A program made the position numbers and the translations under genes. A stretch of DNA of 64,000 bases, from NCBI GenBank assembly GCA_045653805.1, contig JAZOMF010000084.1, positions 1,691 to 65,690 on the forward strand. Reading direction: 5' to 3'. Positions 1 to 9,294 of the stretch are shown here, in pieces. Below the pieces are notes generated by a model. That model saw nothing but the letters and a program-made list of their open reading frames with translations. It had not been told where the DNA came from and did not search any database. Position 1 is the first letter of the stretch. Every line of letters begins with the position of its first letter. The stretch is from Eubacteriales bacterium (GTDB taxonomy: Bacteria; Bacillota; Clostridia; Oscillospirales; CAG-272).

Positions 1-30
1 GAAAACTTCTTTCAAGAAGTTTTCCTTCCC
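1..30. repeat. Window-truncated stem-loop (10-bp stem, 4-nt loop) 20 nt downstream of the fhs stop. Probable terminator and partial copy of the 8210-8254 hairpin type.
   Basis: Read directly: 1-10 GAAAACTTCT pairs with 15-24 AGAAGTTTTC. The flanking CTTCCC (25-30) would pair with sequence beyond the window edge, as GGGGAAG/CTTCCCC does at 8210-8254. Confidence 0.4.
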
Positions 31-44
31 CCGCAAACATATCA

Positions 45-1718
45 TTAGAACAATCCGCTTATGCGTCCGTTATCGTCAACGTCGATTCGCTCTGCCGCGG
101 GGACTTTGGGAAGACCGGGCATAGTCATAATATCGCCGGTGAGCGCAACAATAAAGCCTGCACCTGCGCTGACCTTTACGTTACGAACAGTAACCTTAAA
201 GCCCTCGGGTGCGCCCAGCTTGGTGGGATCGTCGGAGAAGCTGTACTGGGTCTTTGCCATACAAACGGGCATCTTATCGTAGCCCAACGCCACGAGAGTA
301 GCGATCTGCTTCTGCGCCGCAGGAGCGATGATAATTCCGTCGCCGCCGTAGACCTTCTTAACTATTGCCTCGATCTTCTCGGGGATAGTCATATCGGTGT
401 CATAGCTGAAGGTAAAATCGTTAGGTTCTTCGCAAAGCTTTACGATCTCCTCTGCAAGTGCCACGCCGCCGTTGCCGCCCTCTGCCCAAACGGTGGAAAG
501 CACAACGTTTACGCCGAGAGCCTTACACTTGTCGATAACAAGCTGAATTTCAGCGTCGGTATCGGTGGGGAAACGGTTGACCGCAACCACGCAAGGAAGC
601 TTATACACGTTCTTGATATTAGAAACGTGACGGAGAAGGTTGGGAATTCCCTTTTCAAGAGTCTCAAGATTCTCAGCACCCAGCTCGGTCTTGGGAGTGC
701 CGCCGTGCATTTTGAGTGCTCTGACGGTAGCGACCACAACAACTGCCGAAGGTGTAAGACCTGCCATACGGCACTTGATGTCGAGGAACTTCTCAGCACC
801 AAGGTCTGCACCAAAGCCTGCCTCGGTAACGGCATAGTCACCCAGCTTCATCGCCATCTTGGTAGCAATAACAGAGTTACAGCCGTGCGCAATATTTGCA
901 AAAGGACCGCCGTGAACAAATGCGGGAGTACCTTCAAGAGTCTGAACAAGATTGGGCTTAAGCGCATCCTTAAGGAGTGCCGCCATAGCACCAACTGCCT
1001 TGAGGTCTCCTGCGGTTACAGGCTTTTCATCGTAGGTGTATGCTACCACGATGCGAGAAAGTCTCTCTTTGAGGTCAGAAATAGAGGATGCAAGACAGAA
1101 TACCGCCATAATTTCCGATGCAACGGTAATATCGTAGCCGTCCTCTCTCGGAACACCGTTAACTCTGCCGCCGAGACCGTCGGTAACGAAGCGGAGCTGG
1201 CGGTCATTCATATCAACGCAACGCTTCCAAGTGATTCGACGAGGGTCGATATTCAGAGCGTTACCCTGATAAATGTGGTTATCAAGCATAGCCGCGAGCA
1301 GGTTGTTAGCCGCGCCGATTGCGTGGAAGTCGCCCGTAAAGTGGAGGTTGATGTCCTCCATAGGAACTACCTGGGCGTATCCGCCGCCTGCCGCACCGCC
1401 CTTAACACCAAAAACAGGGCCAAGAGAAGGCTCGCGGAGAGCAACAACTACGTTTTTTCCAATCTTACGAAGACCGTCTGCAAGACCAATAGTTGTCGTA
1501 GTCTTACCCTCGCCCGCAGGGGTAGGGGTAATAGCAGTTACGAGGATAAGCTTGCCGTCTTTGCGGTCGCTTTCGTTCAAAAGCGCGTAGTCAACTTTCG
1601 CCTTGAAGTTACCGTACTGCTCAAGATATTTTTCATCCACACCCGCAACATTTGCAATGTCGCGGATGTGTTTCATAGGTGTAGATTGTGCAATTTCAAT
1701 GTCGGATAAATAAGCCAT
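45..1718 (-). CDS. fhs: Formate--tetrahydrofolate ligase
   Basis: End-to-end FTHFS-like sequence with the [16 protein letters not shown]-loop. Start moved to ATG 1718 ([11 protein letters not shown]) preceded by AGGAG. The 27 extra ORF-track codons run into a REP-like repeat. Confidence 0.95.
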   Translation of the reverse strand: MAYLSDIEIAQSTPMKHIRDIANVAGVDEKYLEQYGNFKAKVDYALLNESDRKDGKLILVTAITPTPAGEGKTTTTIGLADGLRKIGKNVVVALREPSLGPVFGVKGGAAGGGYAQVVPMEDINLHFTGDFHAIGAANNLLAAMLDNHIYQGNALNIDPRRITWKRCVDMNDRQLRFVTDGLGGRVNGVPREDGYDITVASEIMAVFCLASSISDLKERLSRIVVAYTYDEKPVTAGDLKAVGAMAALLKDALKPNLVQTLEGTPAFVHGGPFANIAHGCNSVIATKMAMKLGDYAVTEAGFGADLGAEKFLDIKCRMAGLTPSAVVVVATVRALKMHGGTPKTELGAENLETLEKGIPNLLRHVSNIKNVYKLPCVVAVNRFPTDTDAEIQLVIDKCKALGVNVVLSTVWAEGGNGGVALAEEIVKLCEEPNDFTFSYDTDMTIPEKIEAIVKKVYGGDGIIIAPAAQKQIATLVALGYDKMPVCMAKTQYSFSDDPTKLGAPEGFKVTVRNVKVSAGAGFIVALTGDIMTMPGLPKVPAAERIDVDDNGRISGLF

Positions 1719-1768
1719 TTTCTTATCTCCTAAATTATTTTCATCTCCCATAAAGGGTGTTGATTTCT

Positions 1769-1852
1769 CGTAGGGGGCGGCGCCTCGACGCCCCACCATA
1801 AAGCGATTTCTAATTATACGCTACGGGACGTCGAGGGCGCCGTCCCCTACGG
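1769..1852. repeat. REP/BIME-like inverted doublet of GC-rich hairpins, each starting with GTAGGGG
   Basis: Left arm 1769-1796 CGTAGGGGGCGGCGCCTCGACGCCCCAC. Right arm 1819-1852 reverse-complements to CCGTAGGGGACGGCGCCCTCGACGTCCCGTAGCG. The arms are about 24/27 identical, in inverted orientation, with an AT-rich spacer. Confidence 0.7.
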
Positions 1853-1885
1853 TTTAGAATTATTTATTAATTTATAGCCGCAAAA

Positions 1886-4800
1886 TCATTTGAAATACTT
1901 AACAGCGGATTCAAACATCTTCATATCGAACTCGCCGAGGACATTCTTGTAAAGTCCGTTGCCGATACGCTCGGAGTGACCCATCTTACCGAATACTCGA
2001 CCGTCGGGAGAGGTGATACCCTCGATTGCGAAGGTGGAATCGTTGGGATTGTAACGAATGTCACTGGTAGCATTGCCGTCGAGGTCAACGTACTGGGTTG
2101 CAACCTGACCGTTAGCAACAAGCTCTCTTACAAGCTCATCGGACGCGATAAAGCGACCCTCACCGTGAGAAATAGCCACGGTGTAAACGTCACCAACCTC
2201 GGTGTTAGCCAACCAAGGCGACTTGTTAGATGCAATTCTGGTTCTTACAAGCTTTGACTGGTGGCGACCGATAGTGTTAAAGGAAAGAGTGGGGCAATTT
2301 TCATCGGTATCGATGATCTTTCCGTAAGGAACAAGACCGATCTTGATAAGAGCCTGGAATCCGTTACAGATACCGCACATAAGACCGTCGCGGTTGTTCA
2401 AGAGATCGTGAACGCCGTCCTTGATCTGCTGATTTCGGAAGAACGCCATAATGAACTTACCCGAACCGTCGGGCTCGTCACCGCCGGAGAATTCACCGGG
2501 AACGAATACCATCTGGCTGTCAGAAAGTTCCTTAGCGAAGTTTTCAACGCTTCTCTGGATTCCGTCCTGAGTCATATTGTTGATAACGAAGATCTTTGCC
2601 TCAGCGCCTGCGTCTCTCATAACCTTTGCGGTATCGAACTCACAGTTTGTGCCTGGGAATACGGGAATCAGAACCTTGGGACGAGCAACCTTGATAGCAG
2701 GAGCGACGCGCGACTCTGCCACGAAGGAGAAGTTTTCGTAAGTTTTGTTTTCGTCCTTTTCAAGGGTGGGGAATACGCTCTCAAGTTTGCCCTCATAAAG
2801 CTTGTCAAGTGTGCAAGCGCAAACGGAAGCCTCACCGTAGGTGAACTTGCCATCGTCGGTTATAGTACCAACTATTTTTCCGTCAACGTCATCAGCAACC
2901 TCAAGCACGAATGCGCCGTAATTGTATCCAAATATATCGTCAAGGCTCATAGACTTATCATAAGCAAATCCGAAGCCGTTACCGATACACATCTTGTAAA
3001 TAGCCTCTGCAACACCGCCAAACGTGGGGGTATATGCAGAATAAACCTTACCCTCTCTCATAAGAGCAGTAACCTTATTAAAGAGCGCGATGAGAGAATT
3101 CGCCTTAGGAAGGTTATCCTCGCCGTACTCGGGAGCGAGAAGAACGACCTTGTGTCCTGCCGCCTTTGCGTCGTTGGTAATAACCTCGTTTACGTTACCG
3201 GTAGTAACTGCAAAGGAAACGAGAGTAGGAGGAACGTCAAGCTTTTCAAAGCTTCCGCTCATAGAGTCCTTACCGCCGATAGCCGCGATTCCAAGCTCGA
3301 CCTGAGCGCGGAATGCGCCAAGGAGTGCCGCAAAGGGCTTGCCCCATCTTGCGCCGTCTTTCATGGGCTTTTCAAAGTATTCCTGGAAGGTGAGGTAAAC
3401 GTCCTCATAAGAAGCACCGGTTGCGATAAGCTTGGAGGCACTCTCAACTACTGCCAAGTATGCAGAGTGGTAGGGGGACTTTTCGGCTATATAAGGGTTG
3501 TAGCCCCAAGACATATAGGAGCATGTGTCGGTGTGCTTCTGCTCAACAGACACCTTGTGTACCATAGCCTGAATAGGAGTCTTCTGGTGCTTACCGCCGA
3601 AGGGCATAAGAACTGTGCCTGCGCCAATGGTGGAGTCAAATCTCTCACTAAGTCCGCGCTTGGAGCAGACGTTGAGGTCGCCTGCGAGTGCCTTATAGCC
3701 CTCTGCAAAATCGGTAACTGCTTCCTTCTCGTAGTTGCAAACAGCCGCCGCGGGAGCAACGTCAATGTGCTTCTCTGCACCGTTGGAGTTGAGGAACTCA
3801 CGGGATATATCAATGATGGTCTTGCCGTTCCAGTGAACGCGGAGTCTGGGCTCCTCGGTAACGCGGGCTACCACCGTAGATTCAAGGTTCTCGCTCTCGG
3901 CAAGAGCCATGAACCTTTCGATATTTTCTTTTTCAATAACGACTGCCATTCTCTCCTGGCTTTCGGAGATTGCAAGCTCGGTGCCGTCAAGGCCCTCGTA
4001 CTTCTTGGGTACTTTATTAAGGTCGATATCAAGTCCGTCTGCAAGCTCACCAATAGCAACCGACACGCCGCCTGCACCAAAGTCGTTACATCTCTTTATC
4101 ATTCTACAAGCCTCGGCGTTACGGAAGAGACGCTGAAGCTTTCTTTCCTCGGGAGCGTTACCCTTCTGCACCTCTGCGCCGCAGGTCTCAACAGAGTGAG
4201 AGTCGTGCGCCTTGGACGAGCCTGTTGCACCGCCAACGCCGTCGCGTCCGGTTCTACCGCCGAGAAGGACTACTACGTCACCGTCGAGAGGACACTCACG
4301 GCGAACATTTGTCGCGGGTGCTGCCGCGATAACCGCACCTATCTCCATTCTCTTTGCCGCGTATCCGGGGTGGTAAAGCTCGTCTACCATACCGGTTGCA
4401 AGACCTATCTGGTTACCGTAGGAGGAATAACCTGCCGCCGCAGTCTGAACTATCTTTCTCTGGGGAAGCTTACCGGGTATAGTCTCGGAAACGGGAACGG
4501 TGGGGTCTGCCGCACCGGTCACACGCATAGCTGCGTAAACGTAGCTTCGTCCCGAAAGAGGGTCACGGATAGCACCGCCGATACAGGTAGCCGCGCCACC
4601 GAAGGGCTCTATCTCGGTGGGATGGTTGTGAGTCTCGTTTTTGAAGAGAAGCAACCATTCCTCGTCAACGCCGTCAACTGTAACGGTCATTTTAACGGTA
4701 CAAGCGTTGATCTCCTCGCTCTCGTCAAGCTTTTTGAGCTGACCGGTCTTCTTGAGATACTTGCCTGCAAGAGTACCGATGTCCATAAGATTCTGGGGCT

Positions 4801-5572
4801 TGGTGCGACCAAGCTTTTCTCTTGTAGCAAGGTATTCCTTATATGTTTTTTCGAGAAGCTCGTCCTCGAACTTAACGCTGTCAATAGTAGTCAAGAAAGT
4901 GGTGTGACGGCAGTGATCCGACCAGTATGTATCGATCATTCTGATCTCGGTGATGGTAGGATCTCTCTTTTCGCTTGCAAAATACTCGCGGCAGAACTTG
5001 ATGTCGTCAATATCCATGGCAAGACCAAGCTCCTTAACCATTTTGGAGAGCTCCTCGTCACTCATGGTGATAAATCCGTCAACCGTCGCAACGGAGGTGG
5101 GTATGTCATACTGAACCGCAAGGGTCTCGGGCTTATCAAGAGATGCCTCACGCGCCTCAACGGGGTTGATTACGTACTTTTTAATGTCTGCAATATCTTT
5201 CTCGGTCAAATCGCCGCCGAGAACGTAAACCTTTGCGCTTCTAAGGGTAGGACGGTTGCCGCAGGACATGATCTGGATGCACTGCGCCGCACTGTCCGCT
5301 CTCTGGTCGAACTGACCGGGGAGAAACTCAACTGCGAAAACGTAGCCGTCTGTATTCAGCTCATCGGAGATAATATCGAGCTGAGGCTCGGAGAAAACGG
5401 TAGACTTAGCCGCCTCGAAAACCTCTGCGCTTATATCGTCTGCATCGTAGCGATTAAGCACGCGAACAGACTCAAGATTCTTTATTCCAAGAAGATTTTT
5501 AAGCTCGGAATAAAGGCCTGCCGCCTCGTGGGCAAGCTCCTTTTTCTTTTCAACAAATATTCTGTAAACCAT
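1886..5572 (-). CDS. purL: Phosphoribosylformylglycinamidine synthase, single-chain large form
   Basis: 1228 aa with FGAM-synthase-like N-terminal, AIR-synthase-related repeats and a C-terminal GATase (GICNGFQAL). AAGGAG lies 6 nt upstream of the ATG, inside the purD 3' end. Confidence 0.97.
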   Translation of the reverse strand: MVYRIFVEKKKELAHEAAGLYSELKNLLGIKNLESVRVLNRYDADDISAEVFEAAKSTVFSEPQLDIISDELNTDGYVFAVEFLPGQFDQRADSAAQCIQIMSCGNRPTLRSAKVYVLGGDLTEKDIADIKKYVINPVEAREASLDKPETLAVQYDIPTSVATVDGFITMSDEELSKMVKELGLAMDIDDIKFCREYFASEKRDPTITEIRMIDTYWSDHCRHTTFLTTIDSVKFEDELLEKTYKEYLATREKLGRTKPQNLMDIGTLAGKYLKKTGQLKKLDESEEINACTVKMTVTVDGVDEEWLLLFKNETHNHPTEIEPFGGAATCIGGAIRDPLSGRSYVYAAMRVTGAADPTVPVSETIPGKLPQRKIVQTAAAGYSSYGNQIGLATGMVDELYHPGYAAKRMEIGAVIAAAPATNVRRECPLDGDVVVLLGGRTGRDGVGGATGSSKAHDSHSVETCGAEVQKGNAPEERKLQRLFRNAEACRMIKRCNDFGAGGVSVAIGELADGLDIDLNKVPKKYEGLDGTELAISESQERMAVVIEKENIERFMALAESENLESTVVARVTEEPRLRVHWNGKTIIDISREFLNSNGAEKHIDVAPAAAVCNYEKEAVTDFAEGYKALAGDLNVCSKRGLSERFDSTIGAGTVLMPFGGKHQKTPIQAMVHKVSVEQKHTDTCSYMSWGYNPYIAEKSPYHSAYLAVVESASKLIATGASYEDVYLTFQEYFEKPMKDGARWGKPFAALLGAFRAQVELGIAAIGGKDSMSGSFEKLDVPPTLVSFAVTTGNVNEVITNDAKAAGHKVVLLAPEYGEDNLPKANSLIALFNKVTALMREGKVYSAYTPTFGGVAEAIYKMCIGNGFGFAYDKSMSLDDIFGYNYGAFVLEVADDVDGKIVGTITDDGKFTYGEASVCACTLDKLYEGKLESVFPTLEKDENKTYENFSFVAESRVAPAIKVARPKVLIPVFPGTNCEFDTAKVMRDAGAEAKIFVINNMTQDGIQRSVENFAKELSDSQMVFVPGEFSGGDEPDGSGKFIMAFFRNQQIKDGVHDLLNNRDGLMCGICNGFQALIKIGLVPYGKIIDTDENCPTLSFNTIGRHQSKLVRTRIASNKSPWLANTEVGDVYTVAISHGEGRFIASDELVRELVANGQVATQYVDLDGNATSDIRYNPNDSTFAIEGITSPDGRVFGKMGHSERIGNGLYKNVLGEFDMKMFESAVKYFK

Positions 5573-5575
5573 TAT

Positions 5576-6844
5576 TTACTCCTTATACGCCGCAAGAGCT
5601 CTTGCTCCGATGTCGTGGCGGTAATATGCATTTTCAAAATCTATATTTTCAACCTTTGCGTAGGATGCTTTAATTGCATTTTCAAGAGTGTCAGCCACAC
5701 TGGTAACACCAAGCACACGTCCGCCGTTTGTAAGAAGCTTATCGCCCGAAAGCTTAGCACCGGCAACGTAAACGTCGGGAGCAATTTCAGCAGGGATAGT
5801 CATCGGGAATCCCTTTTCGTAGGCCAGAGGATAGCCTGCCGACGCCATAATTACACAGCAAGCGTTCTTGTCACTGAATTTAACCTCGGTTTCTGCCAGT
5901 GTGCCGTTTGTAGTCGCCTGCATAACGGTAAGCAGGTCGCTTTCAAGGAGAGGAAGGACTACCTGAGTCTCGGGATCACCGAAACGACAGTTGTATTCAA
6001 TTACCTTGGGGCCGTTAGGAGTAAGCATAAGTCCAAAGTAAAGGCATCCCTTAAAGGTTCTACCCTCTGCATTCATAGCCGCAATAGTAGGCTTGAAAAT
6101 GGTTTCCATACACTCATCTGCAATCTGGACGGTGTAGTAGGGATTAGGAGCAACCGTTCCCATTCCACCCGTATTAAGTCCGGTATCGTTGTCACCCGCT
6201 CTCTTGTGGTCCATAGAGGAGATCATGGGCTTAACTACATTACCGTCGGTAAATGCAAGCACCGATACCTCGGGGCCTGTCAAAAATTCCTCGATAACGA
6301 TGTGATCGCCACTTGCGCCAAACTGCTTGTCCTGCATCATAGAAACAACCGCAGCCTTCGCCTCGTCAAGAGTCTGGGCGATTATAACACCCTTACCAAG
6401 TGCCAAGCCGTCCGCCTTTATAACCGTAGGAATGGGAGCGCTCTCCAAATATCTGAGAGCCGCATCCATATCGTCAAAGACCTCGTATGCCGCGGTGGGG
6501 ATGTTGTATTTCTTCATGAGGTTCTTGGAAAAGACCTTACTACCCTCGATTATAGCCGCATCAGCGCGAGGGCCAAAGCAAGGAATTCCCTTTGCCTCCA
6601 AAGCATCTACACAACCAAGCACCAGCGGGTCGTCGGGAGCGACAACGGCGTAATCAATGCCGTTCTCGACCGCAAAAGCTACGATCTTCTCGATATCCTT
6701 CGCGCCGATGTCAACAAGGGTGGCATCCTGCGCCATACCGCCGTTTCCGGGGAGCGCAAAGATCTCTTCAACGCTCTTATTTTCTTTTATCTTCTTTATG
6801 ATGGCGTGTTCTCTTCCGCCACCGCCTACTACCATTATTTTCAT
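5576..6844 (-). CDS. purD: Phosphoribosylamine--glycine ligase
   Basis: MKIMVVGGGGREHAI N-terminus and an ATP-grasp body. Start set at ATG 6844 with GGAG 6 nt upstream; the ORF-track extension to 6907 crosses an AT-rich palindrome. Confidence 0.95.
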   Translation of the reverse strand: MKIMVVGGGGREHAIIKKIKENKSVEEIFALPGNGGMAQDATLVDIGAKDIEKIVAFAVENGIDYAVVAPDDPLVLGCVDALEAKGIPCFGPRADAAIIEGSKVFSKNLMKKYNIPTAAYEVFDDMDAALRYLESAPIPTVIKADGLALGKGVIIAQTLDEAKAAVVSMMQDKQFGASGDHIVIEEFLTGPEVSVLAFTDGNVVKPMISSMDHKRAGDNDTGLNTGGMGTVAPNPYYTVQIADECMETIFKPTIAAMNAEGRTFKGCLYFGLMLTPNGPKVIEYNCRFGDPETQVVLPLLESDLLTVMQATTNGTLAETEVKFSDKNACCVIMASAGYPLAYEKGFPMTIPAEIAPDVYVAGAKLSGDKLLTNGGRVLGVTSVADTLENAIKASYAKVENIDFENAYYRHDIGARALAAYKE

Positions 6845-7006
6845 TTTGTTCTCCATTTCTTTTTTCTCTTCTTTCTTTGAAAAGAAAGAAGCAAAGAAAC
6901 TTTCCAAAAAATTAATTTTATTTATAGGTGAAGCACTATTCCACCTTTATTGCTAATCAAAAGCTCAAGTCTTACCTCACTTAAGCGGAGAGCAACGCGA
7001 GGTTGA

Positions 7007-8191
7007 TCAATGATGGAACAATCTCATGCCGGTAAACGCCATGCTCATATTATATTTATCACAGCACTCAATAACTACATCATCTCGGATAGAACCGCCG
7101 GGCTCTGCAATGTACTTAACGCCGCTCTTCTTCGCTCTCTCAATGTTGTCGCTGAAGGGGAAGAATGCGTCCGAACCGAGGGCAACGCCGTCGATAGTAT
7201 CAAGATATGCTCTCTGCTCCTCCTTGGTAAAGGGAGAAGGCTGCTCCGTAAAATACTTCTGCCAGTTTCCGTCAGCGCAAACGTCCTCTTCGTTCTGGTT
7301 GATGTAACCGTCGATAACGTTATCTCTGTCGGGACGACCGAGAGTGGACTTGAAGGGGAGATTAAGCACCTTGTCGCTCTGACGGAGGAACCAGGTGTCT
7401 GCCTTGCCGCCTGCGAGACGGGTGCAGTGAACTCTGGACTGCTGACCGGCACCTACACCGATCGCCTGACCGTCCACAGCGAAGCAAACCGAATTGGACT
7501 GGGTATATTTAAGGGTAATAAGCGAAATGATGAGGTCGCGGATAGCGCTCTCGGGCATTTCCTTATTAGCGGTAACGATATTGGTGAGAAGCTCGCGGTC
7601 GATCTTAAAGTTGTTTCTTCCCTGTTCGAAGGTGATGCCGTAAACCTGCTTGGTCTCGATCTCTGCAGGAACGAAATCGGGGTCGATCGCCACGATATTG
7701 TAGCTTCCCTTTCTCTTGACCTTGAGAATTTCAAGAGCCTCGGGCTCATATCCGGGAGCGATGATACCGTCGGAAACCTCGCGAGCGATCATCCTTGCGG
7801 TGGTAACGTCACAAACGTCGCTGAGCGCTACCCAGTCACCAAAAGAGCACATTCTATCCGTTCCTCTTGCTCTTGCATACGCGCAAGCCAAGGGAGACTC
7901 GTCAAGACCCTCGATATCGTCAACAAAGCATGCCTTCTTCAGCTTTTCGGAAAGCGGAATACCAACTGCCGCACTTGTGGGGCTTACGTGCTTGAAGGAG
8001 GTAACTGCGGGAAGGCCAAGAGCCTCTTTAAGCTCCTTAACAAGCTGCCAAGAGTTGAACGCGTCAAGGAAATTGATGTATCCGGGTCTGCCGTTAAGAA
8101 TTTCAATGGGAAGCTCGCCGCCATCGTGCATATAAATTTTAGCAGGTTTTTGGTTAGGGTTACAACCGTATTTAAGTTCAAATTCTTTCAT
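7007..8191 (-). CDS. purH: AICAR formyltransferase (PurH transformylase domain only, no IMP cyclohydrolase/MGS domain)
   Basis: 394 aa starting directly at ELKYGCNPNQ, which corresponds to the LRYGENPHQ motif that opens the AICARFT domain of bifunctional PurH. AAGAGG RBS. Confidence 0.9.
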   Translation of the reverse strand: MKEFELKYGCNPNQKPAKIYMHDGGELPIEILNGRPGYINFLDAFNSWQLVKELKEALGLPAVTSFKHVSPTSAAVGIPLSEKLKKACFVDDIEGLDESPLACAYARARGTDRMCSFGDWVALSDVCDVTTARMIAREVSDGIIAPGYEPEALEILKVKRKGSYNIVAIDPDFVPAEIETKQVYGITFEQGRNNFKIDRELLTNIVTANKEMPESAIRDLIISLITLKYTQSNSVCFAVDGQAIGVGAGQQSRVHCTRLAGGKADTWFLRQSDKVLNLPFKSTLGRPDRDNVIDGYINQNEEDVCADGNWQKYFTEQPSPFTKEEQRAYLDTIDGVALGSDAFFPFSDNIERAKKSGVKYIAEPGGSIRDDVVIECCDKYNMSMAFTGMRLFHH

Positions 8192-8209
8192 TTTTTACCT
8201 CTTAGTGAT

Positions 8210-8254
8210 GTGGGGAAGAGAGAACTTTTTAGGAAAAAGTTCTCTCTTCCCCAC
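8210..8254. repeat. Perfect 21-bp-stem hairpin between purH and the IMP cyclohydrolase gene
   Basis: GTGGGGAAGAGAGAACTTTTT-AGG-AAAAAGTTCTCTCTTCCCCAC, with 8210-8230 pairing 8234-8254 without mismatch. Confidence 0.85.
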
Positions 8255-8327
8255 ACCCCATCTCTTTCAAAAACTTTTAAATATTTGGGATGATTTGTGT
8301 GGGTTTGTTTATTTCTCTACGCAAGAA

Positions 8328-9044
8328 TTATTTGTTCTTATTCACAATTCTTGTCTCGGTCTCACCGCTTTCGATGTCGATGTAGCGGACGAACAAGGAA
8401 ACCTTGTTATCCTCGTTGAGGTTTGTCCATATAAGATCGGTCAACGCGTCGATAGAGGCGTCGGGAAGCTCCAAGGTCTTGGGTTCGCCCTCAAAAGAAG
8501 GCAGGGGGTTGCCGTCGCAGTTGTAGGTGTGAATGAATTTCGCCTTACCGCAAAGAGGATTGGAGTAAGCGTAAGTAAATCTCTCGCAAGAGCTGTCATC
8601 TCCCTCGGCGCTCTTGAGAATAGACATAGCATAGTTCATCTGACCGTTTTCGCGGTGAATGATACCCGAAATTCTGGGAGTGAAATTGGGAGCATCGTCC
8701 TCAAACTCACGAGTGCGGAGCGCCTGCTCAAAGGTCATCTGCTTGTCCATAAGATCGTAAATCGTGTCGGTCTGATCACCGTTGGTAACTATGGTCTTGT
8801 TTCCAAGCACTCTTACGGGATAGTAGATGATAAGATGGGGGTCTACCATCTTAGATTCATCGAATGCCTTTGTTCTCATGTTTTCGCCTTCAGCAACGAA
8901 AACTCTATTGCGGCTGTTAACGCTACGACCCATAATGAAGTAAGCGGTTACTGCCTTTTTGCCGTCGGCGCTTTTGCCGATAATGATTCCTCTGCCGTGG
9001 TAAGCAAGAGAATTAAGCTCGTCCTTGATAGTAGAAATTTTCAT
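8328..9044 (-). CDS. IMP cyclohydrolase, PurO (archaeal-type) family
   Basis: 238 aa. The N-terminus (LAYHGRGIIIGKSADGKKAVTAYFIMGRSVNSRNRVF) matches my recollection of the PurO-type IMP cyclohydrolase family. It sits between purN and purH. AGGAG RBS. Confidence 0.8.
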   Translation of the reverse strand: MKISTIKDELNSLAYHGRGIIIGKSADGKKAVTAYFIMGRSVNSRNRVFVAEGENMRTKAFDESKMVDPHLIIYYPVRVLGNKTIVTNGDQTDTIYDLMDKQMTFEQALRTREFEDDAPNFTPRISGIIHRENGQMNYAMSILKSAEGDDSSCERFTYAYSNPLCGKAKFIHTYNCDGNPLPSFEGEPKTLELPDASIDALTDLIWTNLNEDNKVSLFVRYIDIESGETETRIVNKNK

Positions 9045-9113
9045 ATATTTTCTCCTGAATTTTAATTCAAATTTTGATTTATCGGTGTGTTTGGCGATGA
9101 AGATTTACGCGGC

Positions 9114-9165
9114 AAGGCTCCCTCCGGGAGGGAGCTGGCGGCGTAGCCGACTGAGGGAGAGCGCG
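9114..9165 (+). repeat. Two-hairpin intergenic repeat, copy A
   Basis: AAGGCTCCCTCCGGGAGGGAGCTGGCGGCGTAGCCGACTGAGGGAGAGCGCG. Near-identical to the reverse complement of 47417-47467. Confidence 0.8.
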
Positions 9166-9194
9166 GGGATAATGAAGCAAATATAAGCTTTTTG

Positions 9195-9250
9195 TCCCGC
9201 AGGCTCCTTCCACCGCTTCGCGGTCCCCCTCCCTCCCGGAGGGAGGCTTT
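9195..9250 (-). repeat. Two-hairpin intergenic repeat, copy B (diverged, inverted relative to A)
   Basis: The reverse complement reads AAGCCTCCCTCCGGGAGGGAGGGGGACCGCGAAGCGGTGGAAGGAGCCTGCGGGA. It has the same hairpin-1 core and a different but still paired hairpin 2. Confidence 0.7.
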
Positions 9251-9294
9251 CGCAAAGTTCATCTCCCAGACAAACATCAATTTATATTTTCAAA

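Noticed and set aside
1719-1799. 5' extensions of ORF-track models (fhs to 1799, purD to 6907, SASP to 26949, M29 peptidase to 23186, pepF to 55661, hydB from 39538, LysR from 35463, and others)
   Set aside because: Internal ATG/TTG/GTG codons with AGGAG-type RBSs at 5-10 nt, and N-termini matching family consensus, give better starts. Several extensions run through repeats or terminators.
2261-6880. 1539-aa plus-strand ORF, the longest in the window
   Set aside because: It is antisense to and codon-aligned with purL/purD, which have clear family motifs and RBSs. Its translation is Leu/Val/Cys/Arg-rich with no recognisable domain and no RBS. It is explained by avoidance of TTA/CTA/TCA on the sense strand.
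9114-9250. Possibility that the GC-rich repeats form a CRISPR array
   Set aside because: There are only two copies here, in inverted rather than direct orientation, with no regular spacing. A third copy lies 38 kb away, and there are no cas genes.
9062-9280. 72-aa ORF in the purN-cyclohydrolase gap (SLREGGGPRSGGRSL...SSLPEGAL)
   Set aside because: It is simply the translation of the inverted pair of two-hairpin repeats, so palindromic DNA gives mirror-like peptides. There is no RBS.
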